Origin: Octopus bimaculoides
Taxonomy: Eukaryota
Assembly: GCF_001194135.2 (NCBI RefSeq)
Contig: NC_068987.1
Coordinates: 87,912,362-87,961,449, forward strand
Length of the DNA: 49,088 nt
Reading direction: 5' to 3'
Positions 1 to 12,325 of the stretch are shown here, piece after piece (position 1 is the first letter of the stretch; each line of letters begins with the position of its first letter). A program made the translations under genes and the position numbers. The notes beneath the pieces were generated by a model. It did no database searches, was not told the DNA's origin, and saw nothing but the letters and a program-made list of their open reading frames with translations.

Positions 1-112
1 TATATTACCTGTATTACCGGTATTACCTGTATCCTCCTGGGTTTGGTTAAATCCAATACCCTCCTCAACCTTATATTTATATATATATATATATATATAT
101 ATTCTGCCTCAA

Positions 113-382
113 CTGGCTCCTGTGCTGGTAGCATGTAAGAAGCACCATCCGAACGTGGCCGATGCCAGTGCTGCCTGATTGGCCCTTGAGCTGGTGGCAT
201 GTAAAAAGCACCCCCTACATCCTCAGAGTGATTGGCCTTAGGAAAGGCATCCAGCTGTAGAAACACTGCCAGATCAGAATGAAGCCTGGTGCTGCCTCTT
301 GGCTTGCCAGTCTCCCAGTCAAACCTTCCAACTCATGCCAGCATGAAAAGCAGACGTTAAACGAAAATGATGATGATGATGT
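113..382 (+). mobile_element. Family C: RTE-3'UTR-derived non-autonomous element or truncated LINE end, (GAT)n tail
   Basis: ggaaaggcatccagctgtagaaac..gcctggtgc..catgccagcatgaaaagcagacgttaa..gatgat; same 3' end as the LINE at 10193-11245. Confidence 0.82.
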
Positions 383-383
383 A

Positions 384-597
384 TATATGCATATGTTTGT
401 GTCTGTGTTTGTCCCCCCACCATCGCTTGACAACCGATATTGGTGTGTTTATGTCCCCAAAGCTTTGCAGTTTGGCAAAAGAAACTGATAGAATAAGTAC
501 TAGGCTTACAAAGAATATGTCCTGGGGGTCAATTCGTTCAACTGAAGTGGTGCTGTAGCATGGCCACAGTCAAATGACTGAAACAAGTAAAAGCATA
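384..597 (+). mobile_element. SINE family A, 3' half
   Basis: gtttgtccccc..gcttgacaaccga..aataagtactaggcttacaaagaat..gcatggccacagtcaaatgactgaaacaagtaaaa, shared with full copies. Confidence 0.8.
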
Positions 598-639
598 CCA
601 GTAATATATTGGGTTGTATCTCACATATGGTTCTTTTAT

Positions 640-1030
640 TTTGGTGAAGTTTTCTCTTTTAATCATTTATCTTTTATTCTTTGCTTGTTTTTGTCCCTGG
701 GTTGCGGCCATGCTGGAGCAACATCTCCAAGGGTTTTAGTTGATCAAATCCCCCCACCCCCTACCGCCAGTACTTATTTTTTTTAAATATCTAAGTTTGG
801 TAAATATTCTATTGAACTCTTTTGCCAAGCCACTAAATTATCGGAATGTAAACAAACCAACACCAGCTGTCAAGCCTTGGGATGGGAAGGTGGATAAACG
901 TACAAACACATATACACACATACATACACAATAGGTTTCCACACAGCAAAATCCATTCACAAGGCTTTGGTCACCTGAGGGCTACAGTAGAAAACACTTG
1001 CTCAAGGTGCTGTGCAGTAGGACAGCACCA
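640..1030 (-). mobile_element. SINE family A, diverged, reverse orientation
   Basis: Reverse complement of tail (640-880) and of the ccttgagcaagtgt..aaagccttgtgaatggatt core (935-1030). Confidence 0.7.
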
Positions 1031-1309
1031 GAAACCTTACAGTCATAAAGCAAGTCCCAGGACGCGGTACTTAAATCTAAATTCTTCAGATCCCCAAGAC
1101 AAAGCAAACCTACATCAGAGATTGTGTAGGATGTTCCTTACGCTAAACAAATGAATTCTTCAGGAAAAACCAGATTTATTTATCTCTTTCTGTTCTCATG
1201 AAATTTGTGAACAATGGAGTCAAGGATGAGTCATTTCCAATGGAGCAGTCAATGGTTCGGTGAATTTCAGACAGAGAAGAGGAAAAGAGTGGATCAGTTC
1301 CTTGGTTTC

Positions 1310-1720
1310 ATCATTATCATCATCATTGTCGTTTAACGTCCGTTTTCCATGCTGGCATGGGCTGGACGGTTTGACTGAGGGCTGGCAAGCCAGATGGCTG
1401 CACAAGGCTCCAATCTGATCTGGCAATGTTTTTACAGCTTGATGCCCTTCCTAATGCCAACCACTCCAAGAGTGTAGTGGGTGCTTTTTACATGTCACCA
1501 GCACAAGGGCCAGTCAGGCGGTAATGGCATCAACCACGCTCGAGTGGTACTTTTTACGTGCACCACCGGCACAGGAGTCAGTCAGGCAATACTGGCATTC
1601 ATCATGCCTGTGTGGTGCTTTTTATGTGCCACCGGCATGGGAGCCAATCAGGTGGCACTGGCAATGACCATGCTCAAATGGTGCTTTTTACGTGCCTCCG
1701 GCACAGAAGCCAATCAAGCA
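1310..1720 (-). mobile_element. Family C, reverse orientation, with several VNTR units
   Basis: (cat)n gtttaacgtccgttttccatgctggc..; repeated gtgctttttatgtgccaccggcac units at 1480-1720. Confidence 0.85.
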
Positions 1721-1984
1721 GACTGTTGTATTTCTTTTATCTTTTACTTAGTCATTACTGGAGCACTGACATGAAAATGTTTACTTGAATAAATCAACCC
1801 CAATACTTATTCTATTGGTCACTTTTGCTGAACTGCTAAGTTATGGAGACATAATCAAACCAACACCAGTTGTTAGGTGGTAGTGGTGGGTGGGAACATA
1901 CACACTAACTGTAGGGATGGCCTTCTTCTGTAAAGAAGTGATAATCACCACACACACACACACACACTACAAGTTTTCATACAG

Positions 1985-2215
1985 TTATTTCTTTATTGCC
2001 CACAAGGGGCTAAACATAGAGAGGGAAAACAAGGACAGACAAAGGGATTAAGTCGATTATATCGACCCCAGTGCATAACTGGTACTTAATTTATCGACCC
2101 AAAAGGATGAAAGGCAAAGTCGACCTCGGCAGAATTTGAACTCTGAATGTAACAGCAGACAAAATACCGCTAAGCATTTCACCCGACGTGCTATCGTTTC
2201 TGCCAGCTCGCCACG
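1985..2215 (-). mobile_element. SINE family B (ggcggcgagctggcagaa head; gaggtcgactttgcctttcatcc core)
   Basis: Reverse complement of the copy at 46975-47175. Confidence 0.88.
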
Positions 2216-2578
2216 CTACATACAGTTTTCATACAGTTTCTATGAACCAAATTCCATTCACAAGAAAATTGGTCAAGCTGATGCTTTTGCAGGCCAAGTT
2301 ACGATACGCTTATGGTTTATGAAGTAAACTTCTTAAGCGAGCAGCCAAGCCTGCAGCCCTCTTNNNNNNNNNNNNNNNNNNNNNNNNNNNNNNNNNNNNN
2401 NNNNNNNNNNNNNNNNNNNNNNNNNNNNNNNNNNNNNNNNNNNNNNNNNNNNNNNNNNNNNNNNNNNNNNNNNNNNNNNNNNNNNNNNNTTATTCACCTT
2501 TTGTTACAGAATTCTGAAAGAAAATCACAAATAAATGAAATATTACACTCAATGGAAATATTTGCCATCATAACCAAC

Positions 2579-2699
2579 CTTATGTTGCAGAAAATGCCAT
2601 TCTTTCTCAAGTTCATTTCTCTCTAAATCTTCGAATGGAAGAAGAAATTCTGATGAGTCATTCACTGGGAAATTGTCGACAGCCAACCATTGAGACGCT
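2579..2699 (-). CDS. DCDC1: DCDC1-like exon 8: ASQWLAVDNFPVNDSSEFLLPFEDLERNELEKEWHFLQHK
   Basis: Acceptor tcttctatatttgcag|, donor AAG|gttggt; 121 nt, phase 2 to 0; resembles recalled human WEVCEGFPIN..LENHFLQNK. Confidence 0.88.
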
Positions 2700-2804
2700 C
2701 TGCAAATATAGAAGACAAGAAAACAATAATTATCCGAGAGATTCTCAATCAGAAACAAAACAGTATCGAGTAGAAGATTACATTTATAGGTGTAGGCATA
2801 CTTC

Positions 2805-3215
2805 CCAATCACATAGTTCCAGGTTCAGTCCCACTGCATGGCACCTTGGGCAGATGTCTTCTACTATACCCCAAGGCTGACCAAAGCCTTGTGAATGGAT
2901 TTGTTAGATGGAAACTGAAAGAAGCCCATCATGTGTGTGTGTGTGTGTGTGTGTGTCATTGTGTCTGTGTGTGTCATTGTGTCTGTGTGTGTCATGTCTG
3001 TGTATGTCATTGTGTCCCATCACTGCCTGAAACCAGTGTTGGTGTTTATGTCCCTATAACTTAGCAGTTCAGCAAAAGAGACTGGTAGAAATAAGTGCCA
3101 GACTTTAAAAAATAAATAAGAACAGGGGTCAATTCATTCAACTAAAAATTCAAGGTGGTTGGTGCCCCAGTATGGCCACAGTCTAATGACTGAAACAAGT
3201 AAAAAAATAAAAGAT
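2805..3215 (+). mobile_element. SINE family A (tRNA-type head, ccttgggcaagt CORE-like box, internal (TG)n, AT-rich tail)
   Basis: ggttcagtcccactgcatggcaccttgggcag..aaagccttgtgaatggattt..gaaactgaaagaagccc..actgaaacaagtaaaa. Confidence 0.85.
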
Positions 3216-4210
3216 AAAAGGCAAAAGATATAGAATTTGTGACGATTGAGAGAGAAAATCTAAATTAAATATATTTCATCCATTTTTTTCTTTAGTTTTT
3301 GAGTGAAAATTGAAACTTCTAATCCCACCAAAATTTATCTAGAAATGATTATCTCCCTTGTTGGCCACAAGGGTTCACCACATGTCTGAAATATCAAATA
3401 TATGAGATTATTTAAAATGGATTCCTTCTGCCTCTTTGGATGTCAAAGAGACAACGTTATAGATATGACTATCAGCCATGGCTGCTATCGTCTCTGCCAA
3501 TTCACTCCATTTCAGTGCAAAGAATATGGCCAAAAGGTTAGCAGTTACAGAAGGAAATCTGCATCCTTTTTGCCGACAGCAATCCTAATTGCCAACAATT
3601 AGGAGAGGAATTCATAACGATCTCAGTTCCTACATCGAAGGCCACAACAAGAGGATGCACTGTGAATCTGCAACAAATGTCAATAAGTTCTTCACTGTAA
3701 AGCAGATGGTGATGATGATGATGACGACGATGATGATGACGATGATGATGGTGATGATGATGGTGATGGTGATGATGATGATGATGATGATAATGATCTA
3801 CAGGTCAGAACATAATGTCCATCTTCTTCACAATGATTCCTGTTGTATCACCTCCCATCACACAGCAGTCAATATCTTTTGTAGCGAGGCCTTATTCCAT
3901 TATGATATTATTGTATTCTTATTTTATTCTCTTACTCCCTTTTTTCTTCTAAAGGGCTTTTTTTTTATGCATGCATTTAGTGATCATCATTGTCATTGTC
4001 ATCATCATCACCACCATCATTCAACACCCATGTTCCATGTAAATACACTGTGTTTATAGAACCTGTTTATGACCCTCCATAAAACCTGATACTTGTCACA
4101 TCATTATACATAAATATATATTATAGTATAGTATATAAAATACATATAAACATATATATATATATATCATAGTATGTATGTATATAAATATATATATATA
4201 TCATAGTATG

Positions 4211-4294
<84 letters not shown>

Positions 4295-4297
4295 AAG

Positions 4298-4617
4298 GTG
4301 CATGGCTCAGTGGTTAGAGCGTCAAGCTTATGATTGCGACGTTGTGAGTTTGAATCCCAGACTGAGCTGCATGTTGTGTTCTTGAGCAAGACACTTTATT
4401 TCACGTTGCTCCAGTTCACTCAGCTATAGAAATGAGTTACAACATCACTGGTGCCAAGCTGTATTGGCCGGCCTTTGCCTTTCTCATGGATAACACTGGT
4501 GGTGTAGAGAGGGGAGGCTGGTATGCATGGGCGACTGCTGATCTTCCATAAACAACCTTGACCGGACTTGTGCCTGGAAGGGTGGCTTTCTGGGTGCAAT
4601 CCCATGGTCAGTCATGA
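4298..4617 (+). mobile_element. tRNA-derived SINE (family E)
   Basis: A-box-like ggctcagtggttagag, B-box-like gtttgaatcc, then ttgagcaagacactttatttcacgttgctccagttcactcagct. Confidence 0.82.
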
Positions 4618-4670
4618 NNNNNNNNNNNNNNNNNNNNNNNNNNNNNNNNNNNNNNNNNNNNNNNNNNNNN

Positions 4671-4715
<45 letters not shown>

Positions 4716-5204
4716 CATATGTATGTATGCATGCATTTATGTATATATGTATGTACGTATATATGTATGTACATATGATTCATGTCTTCATATAACAGTG
4801 ACACTTGTGAATATATTTCACTGAAAAAATTATATTTTTTCCTCACATCTGAGCAGCAGATGTTAATGTTTCTTCTCAAGGCATAAATAATTAACAACTT
4901 GTTTTTAACAGACATCTTTGTTCAGCTTCATAAGAGATCATTTTTCGATATTTTTTGTATATCTTTTGTCTTTTAAATACCATAGTTGATACAATTCTTG
5001 ATCAGGCAAATATTCTGTAGTTTTTTTAAACAATTCTCCAAGTATTTTCTTTCTTTTTTCTTTTAAACCAAGGTTACAAAGTCAATTGCATAAAAAATAA
5101 CACAAACTTTTGAAAGCATAGTAGATTGTGTTAGAAAGAAGCCTGAGATGAAGATATTGCCAGCAAATTAAATACAGGGAGACATCCTAGCTCCTTTTCT
5201 CTTT

Positions 5205-5617
5205 GTGATTGTAATGGTCTACATCCTTAGACAAATTCTTCACTCCTATCCAAAACAAAGACCTCACCATCGAGCAGTTTTCACTTCCTGGTCATCAGAT
5301 TTAGCACCTTCAGACTATAATCTCTTCGGCCCCATGAAAGAGGGTTTGAGAGACAAACATTATTCCAGTGACAAGGAAGTGAAAACTGTAGTGAAGAAGT
5401 GGCTCACAGAACAGTCGACAGAATTTTACGGGGCAGGGATACATGCTGTCATTCGAAGTTGGAACATTGCTATTGAGAGAAATGGTGACTATGTTGAGAA
5501 GTAGGGATGTGATCTACAGAGGACCAGCTTCATTTTGATGTAAGATATAGATGTTCCTGTGTTGGTAATTATACCTGTCCTATACAAAATGGCATTACTT
5601 TTTGACTCACCCTCGTA
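5205..5617 (+). mobile_element. mariner (DD34D) transposon 3' remnant with right TIR
   Basis: ORF 5205-5504 has SDLAPSDYNLFGPMKEGL..WLTEQSTEFY..GIHAVIRSWNIAIERNGDYVEK; TIR aatggcattactttttgactcaccctcg (5588-5615) followed by TA. Confidence 0.9.
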
Positions 5618-7085
5618 ATAACAATAATCCTCAGATGGAATTTATAAAGAATTAATGCATTAAAATATTTATAAATTCCATCCAAGGATTATTGCTATTA
5701 CTAACTGTGGTTTGGATTTTGACTGTTCCTTCTAGCATGTAAGCTTTCCTGTTAGAGGTCACTTCTTTTCTATATAAATGTACAATAATTTTATTTGGAA
5801 AATTATGTTGTCTATTTGACTATTTTATGCATGCTAGGCCACTAGCAGAAAATTTCTCTTCTACCCTATATTATATATATATATATATATGTATATATAT
5901 GCGGGTAAAAATAAATACAAAAAAAGGGGTTTTGTATGATTGTGTATAGAGGAATATATTATTTTGTTTAAAAGAGTTCCAACACTGTCTGTTTTTTATG
6001 TTTTATTTATATTCCTGCAAAACCAATGTGGGATATAGAATATGGAATATACAATATATAATATATAATATAATATACAATATATAATATAAAATAAAAA
6101 TGGATGGTACTATGAAATAAAGTATTGAATGTCTTATTGAATATATGGAATATGTCTTATTGAATAGATGAAATATTGAGTGTTCAATATAAAGGATTAA
6201 ATATATAAAGGCGAATACGTATTTTCTATACTTTGTGGTATTTCATCATGGCCGGTATGACAGACTTTAACCGGCCNNNNNNNNNNNNNNNNNNNNNNNN
6301 NNNNNNNNNNNNNNNNNNNNNNNNNNNNNNNNNNNNNNNNNNNNNNNNNNNNNNNNNNNNNNNNNNNNNNNNNNNNNNNNNNNNNNNNNNNNNNNNNNNN
6401 NNNNNNNNNNNNNNNNNNNNNNNNNNNNNNNNNNNNNNNNNNNNNNNNNNNNNNNNNNNNNNNNNNNNNNNNNNNNNNNNNNNNNNNNNNNNNNNNNNNN
6501 NNNNNNNNNNNNNNNNNNNNNNNNNNNNNNNNNNNNNNNNNNNNNNNNNNNNNNNNNNNNNNNNNNNNNNNNNNNNNNNNNNNNNNNNNNNNNNNNNNNN
6601 NNNNNNNNNNNNNNNNNNNNNNNNNNNNNNNNNNNNNNNNNNNNNNNNNNNNNNNNNNNNNNNNNNNNNNNNNNNNNNNNNNNNNNNNNNNNNNNNNNNN
6701 NNNNNNNNNNNNNNNNNNNNNNNNNNNNNNNNNNNNNNNNNNNNNNNNNNNNNNNNNNNNNNNNNNNNNNNNNNNNNNNNNNNNNNNNNNNNNNNNNNNN
6801 NNNNNNNNNNNNNNNNNNNNNNNNNNNNNNNNNNNNNNNNNNNNNNNNNNNNNNNNNNNNNNNNNNNNNNNNNNNNNNNNNNNNNNNNNNNNNNNNNNNN
6901 NNNNNNNNNNNNNNNNNNNNNNNNNNNNNNNNNNNNNNNNNNNNNNNNNNNNNNNNNNNNNNNNNNNNNNNNNNNNNNNNNNNNNNNNNNNNNNNNNNNN
7001 NNNNATTTCACAATATATAATATATAAATATATAATTTAGAGAAAAAAACCACAATTATTTAATTCATCCATGAAAATCCACAAT

Positions 7086-7140
<55 letters not shown>

Positions 7141-7689
7141 GCATATAATGCTACATGTGGTATTCAGAGAATAGCAGACGTGGATGTGTTAGAGAAGGAC
7201 ACCACATATCCCAGCACTTATGAGACATGCTTCTGCATGCTGAACTGGGTCATGTGGTGGAACAACATATTGGAAACTCAAGTTGCCCCATTGACCTCAG
7301 CTTGATGATGATGATGATGAGGGGGAGGAGGAGGAGGATGTGCATGTTTGAGTGTAGGAAGGCAGTTAGTGACTCACATATTCCATTACTCAGAGTTTTA
7401 TTAGCATGCAAGCATACGTTTAATCGATCAGATGTCAGTGGTGAGAAGATGCAATTGATAAGACAGGAGCCTTCATGACTAAGGAATTATGAGTAATGAC
7501 CAGGTGAGTCATTCATTCACTGCCTGAAAACAAATATAAACTCTACATAATAACAGTAGTCTCTTCTCTTTCATTTGGGCACACACACATACATGCATGT
7601 GTGTGTGTGTGTGTGTGTGTGGTTTGTTTTTATGTCCAGTTATAATAGAAACAATTTTACATTAAACTGATGAGTTGCTCAATACTTTT

Positions 7690-8110
7690 GTAGAATACAA
7701 ATTCATAATTCTTAAGCAAAAATATTATTGACAGTGACTTCGAAGTTTTGGCAAGTTAAACCATCATTGGATTGCGATGCATTGAAGTTGGTCTTGGCTC
7801 TATATAGTCTCTGTTGAGTTAAAATCTTCCTTGGGTATGTGGGTTTGAGTGGAGTTAGGCAATTAGGTTTTAGTGTTGATTGTTAGGGAGAGGTGTTTTG
7901 GAGAAATTTTTATTGATTAAATTTGGAGTTATGTCATTGCTTAAAATTTGTGTATGCAGAACTTTGTAAGCATGGGTGCATACTTAGGTGTGCCTCTCTC
8001 ATTAAGTAGGTACAGGATGTGTCTGTAGTTATTTATTTTTGATTAATCCTTTCCTTTGATATTGTAAAGGGCAAAAGTACAGAGTTCAGTATTTAAAACC
8101 ATAATAATTG
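7690..8110 (-). mobile_element. Possible highly degraded Penelope-like element fragment
   Basis: Minus-strand frame with stops includes IQ*WFNLP, resembling the PLE IIWFNPP linker motif; weak. Confidence 0.3.
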
Positions 8111-9014
8111 GGTGTGTATCTTTGATCTTTGTTTCGTCAAAGCTAAGGGTTAAATTCAATAAAAGCAAAACTGCTGACACATCCTAAACCTACCTAACAA
8201 ATGGGACACACCTAAATATATGTGTGTGTGTGTGTTTGTAGTAGGTACAGGTGGGGCTGTGTTATAAGAACTTTGCATCCCAACCACATAGTTCTCAGTT
8301 TAATCCTACTGTGTGGTGCTTTGGGCGAGTGTCTCCTTTTATAATCTCAGACTCACCAAAGCTTTTCAAATGGATTTGGTAAATGGAAACTGAAAGAAAA
8401 TCCACCTCAACTTTTCTATGCAAGCATGGAGAAACGGTTCTTAAAGTGATAGTGGAAATATGTATATCATTATCATATGAGAGTGTATATATGTATATAT
8501 GTATATATATATATATATATATNNNNNNNNNNNNNNNNNNNNNNNNNNNNNNNNNNNNNNNNNNNNNNNNNNNNNNNNNNNNNNNNNNNNNNNNNNNNNN
8601 NNNNNNNNNNNNNNNNNNNNNNNNNNNNNNNNNNNNNNNNNNNNNNNNNNNNNNNNNNNNNNNNNNNNNNNNNNNNNNNNNNNNNNNNNATATATATAGT
8701 GAGAATTTACAAAAAAACAAAAGATGAAGATGGGTGTGTAAACAACAAACAGATATATTAGTTTAACGCTCCAGAAGTGAGAAAGTCTTTTATGTTTTGA
8801 GCCTATGCTCTTCAACAGAAAGGAACATGAGGAAATAAACAGGGAGAGAAAATAGTAAAATTATATATATATACAGGGTGTGGTGAATATTTCGTCATCT
8901 AAATTACCCAAAAAGGAAAATAACAAATCTCATTTTAACAGATATATTTACCAAAATTATATAAAAATATCTTGAAATACTAAAGAGTAAATCAATTCAA
9001 TAAAATCACAATTG

Positions 9015-9560
9015 GCTTCAACCATGGCCCTCCCCCCTTCCACTCCGGACACTTGTCCAGTCACATCCCCAAACTGATATTCTCCCTTACCTGTCATCTG
9101 AGTCTCACTCAGTGCCAGCACATCGGCCCTTCTCCTCATCATCACACTCCTTATCTCTCTCCTCTTTACCTCACTTGTACTACACCTACACACATTCCAT
9201 GTCCCTAATACTAAGGTGAGATTTGGTGTTAACCTTCTCCCCCCCCCCGTTTGTCTTTTTCTTGCTGTCCTTTTAGGAATATGGATTTACAAGGGGGAGA
9301 GGATTCCCAATCCCCCTCACTCCTACCCCTTTTAGTCACCTGTTATACCACACAGGGAATATGGTGACTGCATTCTACTCTCCCCACCCCACCCATCAGT
9401 CGCAGGGGAGTTTTCTAGTTAACCCATAGCTGGGACCCTTGCGAATGCTACAACTCCAGGCCAGAGTAGACCTGGGAACAATAGTGGCTAAGAGATGGTT
9501 CCACACTCCTCAAATTCTGAAACCAGGGCCCCACTACTGGATATAGTTTATAGCCATACC
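9015..9560 (-). mobile_element. RTE-clade LINE 5' portion: putative 5' UTR and APE endonuclease N-terminus
   Basis: Frame LVLGTWNVCRCSTSEVKRREI..ADVLALSETQMTGKGEYQFG contains APE motifs GTWNV and D(V/I)LALSET. Confidence 0.75.
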
Positions 9561-9574
9561 TGTTTATATATATA

Positions 9575-9740
9575 TCATCATCATCATCATCATTGTTTAA
9601 CGTCCGCCTTCCATGCTAGCATGGGTTGGACGACTTGACTGAGGACTGGTGAAACCGGATGGCAACACCAGGCTCCAATCTAAATTTGGCAGAGTTTCTA
9701 CAGCTGGATGCCCTTCCTAACGCCAACCACTCAGAGTATT
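9575..9740 (-). mobile_element. Family C 3' end, reverse orientation
   Basis: (cat)n gtttaacgtccgccttccatgctagc..ggatgcccttcctaacgccaaccac. Confidence 0.85.
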
Positions 9741-10192
9741 ATTCTGCTTATTGTTTTGTCCCTTGTCTGTCCACTAACGGTCTTGTCTCAGGCCCATCTT
9801 GTTTTGTTATGTTTTGGTCCCATTCCCAGCAAGTTTCTTGCTTGTGCCTCCAGAGTGAAATATATTATTTTGTTTAAAAGAGTTCCAACACTGTCTGTTT
9901 TTTATGTTTTATTTATATTCCTGCAAAACCAATGTGGGATATAGAATATGGAATATACAATATATAATATAATATAATATACAATATAAAATAATGGCCA
10001 AATATTGCATTTGAAACTCTGGCCAATAACTGACAAGGAACTGGTAACCTTCTGTGTTTTCTGCTCACCTGTGTATTTAGTATATGTTCGTTTGTTTATT
10101 TACTACATGTTTTTTGAATTATATAAACATCACAGATGCTCAGAAAACAGATTCCATCACATGCCAGGGGAAGAAACTAGAAGTAGTCAATA

Positions 10193-11245
10193 GCATCCGC
10201 TACCTAGGTGACCAAGGCTGTAGTGGGGAGTGGATGCTCAGAGAGTGTTACCACTAGAATAAGAATAGCCCAGGCAAAGTTCAGAAAGTTTCTACCCCTA
10301 CTGGTGACAAAGGGCATCTCGCTCAGAGTGAAAGGTAGGTTGTACGATGCATGTGTGTGAACTGCCATGCTTCACGGCAGTGAAACATGGGCCGTGACTG
10401 CTGAAGACATGTGTAGGCTCGAAAGAAATGAAGCTAGCTGATCCACTGGATGTGTAATGTCAGTGTGCACACATGACAGAGTGTAAGTACCCTGAGAGAA
10501 ATGTTGAACATAAGAAGCATAGGATGTGGTGTGCAAGAGAGATGTTTGCATTGGTATGGTCATGTACTACGGATGGATGAGGAGAGTTATATGATAAAGT
10601 GCCACTCCCAAACAGTGGAAGGAATCCAGGGTAGAGGGAGACCCAGGAAGACATAGGATGAGGTGGTGAAGCTTGACCTTTGAATGTTGGGCCTCACAGA
10701 GGCAATGACAAAAGACCGAGACCTCTGGAGATATGCTGTGACTGCAAAGACCTGGCAAATAAAGTGAGTCCCCAGCTGTAACCTACACCAGTGTCGCATA
10801 ACCAGCCCACTCAAAAGTACCTTGGATTGTAGGGTGACATGCCATGCTTGAGGAGACCTACTGAGTCAAGTACATCAACATAAACATAAATATCAAAATC
10901 AAATCAAATGGAAATTGTAGTTGTGATGCCTGTGCTGGTGGCACATAAAAAGCACCATCCAAATGTGGCCGATGTCAGCGCTGCCTTGTGTGCCGGTGGC
11001 AAGTAAAAAGCACCATCTGATTGTGGTCGATGCCAACCCCTTCTAGCCCCTGTGCCAGTAGCATGTAAAAAAGCACCCAATACACTCTCAGTGTGGTTGG
11101 TGTTAGGAAGAGCATCCAGCTGTAGAAATACTGTCACATCAGACTGGAGCCTGGTGCAGCCTCCTGGCTTCTCAGACCCCAGTGGAACCATCCAACCCAT
11201 GCCAGCATGGAAAACGGATGCTAAATGATGATGATGATGATGATA
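10193..11245 (+). mobile_element. RTE-clade LINE 3' fragment: RT C-terminus, 3' UTR and (GAT)n tail
   Basis: Degenerate frame IRYLGDQ..GRLYDACV*TAMLHGSETWAV..WYGHVLRMDE..GRGRPRKT; 3' UTR ends in ggaaaacggatgctaaat(gat)n. Confidence 0.88.
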
Positions 11246-11595
11246 TATATATGGTGGTGCACCAGCATGACCGCAGCCACTTGGCTGAAACACATAAATA
11301 AATAAATAAATATGTATATATATATAGGTATGTCAAATTTTCTGTTTGTTGTCTTCTTTTTATTTAATCCTGGAAACAAAAATGACTGAAACAAGTAAAA
11401 GAATAAAAGAATATAAACACAGACATATGCATTTACAGGCATTGATTTAATTTGCTCAAAACGGCAGCCAAGTCTCCTTCACATTATTCCCCACCATCAT
11501 GAAAAAGGAAGGACACTCTGGATAATGTGATCCAGATCCACTCTGCCAGGGATCAAACAACAGCAAAATGTATAATGATAGAAACAAGGACTCAC

Positions 11596-11695
11596 TTGTC
11601 ACTCCAGTCTTCATCCTTGAAAGTTCGGATAATTCTCGAGTTTTCAGCATGTCCTTGAACGCATGCTTTATCAAATATTGCCTCCATGCAGTAAG
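11596..11695 (-). CDS. DCDC1: DCDC1-like exon 7: (T)YCMEAIFDKACVQGHAENSRIIRTFKDEDWSD(K)
   Basis: Acceptor ttttgttctcattgggtag|, donor CAA|gtgagt; 100 nt, phase 1 to 2, exactly bridging exons 6 and 8. Confidence 0.82.
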
Positions 11696-12325
11696 CTACC
11701 CAATGAGAACAAAAATACAGATTAAACCATCTGAGCAATGGTTTAGTAAGTGTTGAGCATTAAAAAGCTGATCAGAAATGCTTATGTAGTCAGGAAAAAA
11801 CAACGACAATTCAATGGCAAGGTATTATTTGCATAATTTTAGTAAGTACAAGAGACAATTCACAACCTGTTTTAGTCTATTTAAACCTCATCAGCTAAGC
11901 ATAAACTTTGCACTAAATATAAGGATTAATAAGAAAATCACTAAGTAAATATACACAGAGTTCCAAAATAATTTAAACACTAACAACACAAAAGAATAAA
12001 TAGAAAATTCACACATGAGATGGGATGTTAATTTCTCATCAGTTAATGTCTAAAATATCCTTACAATTTCATGCCTTTAATAATAATATTGATCATTTTT
12101 TTGTGGCATAAGCAGCAAGAAGCTGATGGGGACAGCAAACAAATATTAGGGAGAGAGACGAAAGCAAACATGACACAAATGTGAATATACAAACAAAATA
12201 AACCTTTCAAGGCCGTGCCCCCAGCATGGCCACAATCCAATGAGAGAAACAAGTAAAATAGATAAATAGACAAATAAATAAAGCAAAAAAAAAAAATGTA
12301 AATCTTCCTTCTGACACAACACAAG

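Noticed and set aside
3380-3700. Minus-strand frames with SVTANLLAIFFALKW (RNase H-like) and an acceptor at about 3695
   Set aside because: Only one short motif, other catalytic residues absent, and stops in every frame.
7660-7730. CTGATGAG followed by a TTGCT/AGCAA stem
   Set aside because: No GAAA or stem I/III partner, and it is antisense to the putative PLE relic here; treated as chance.
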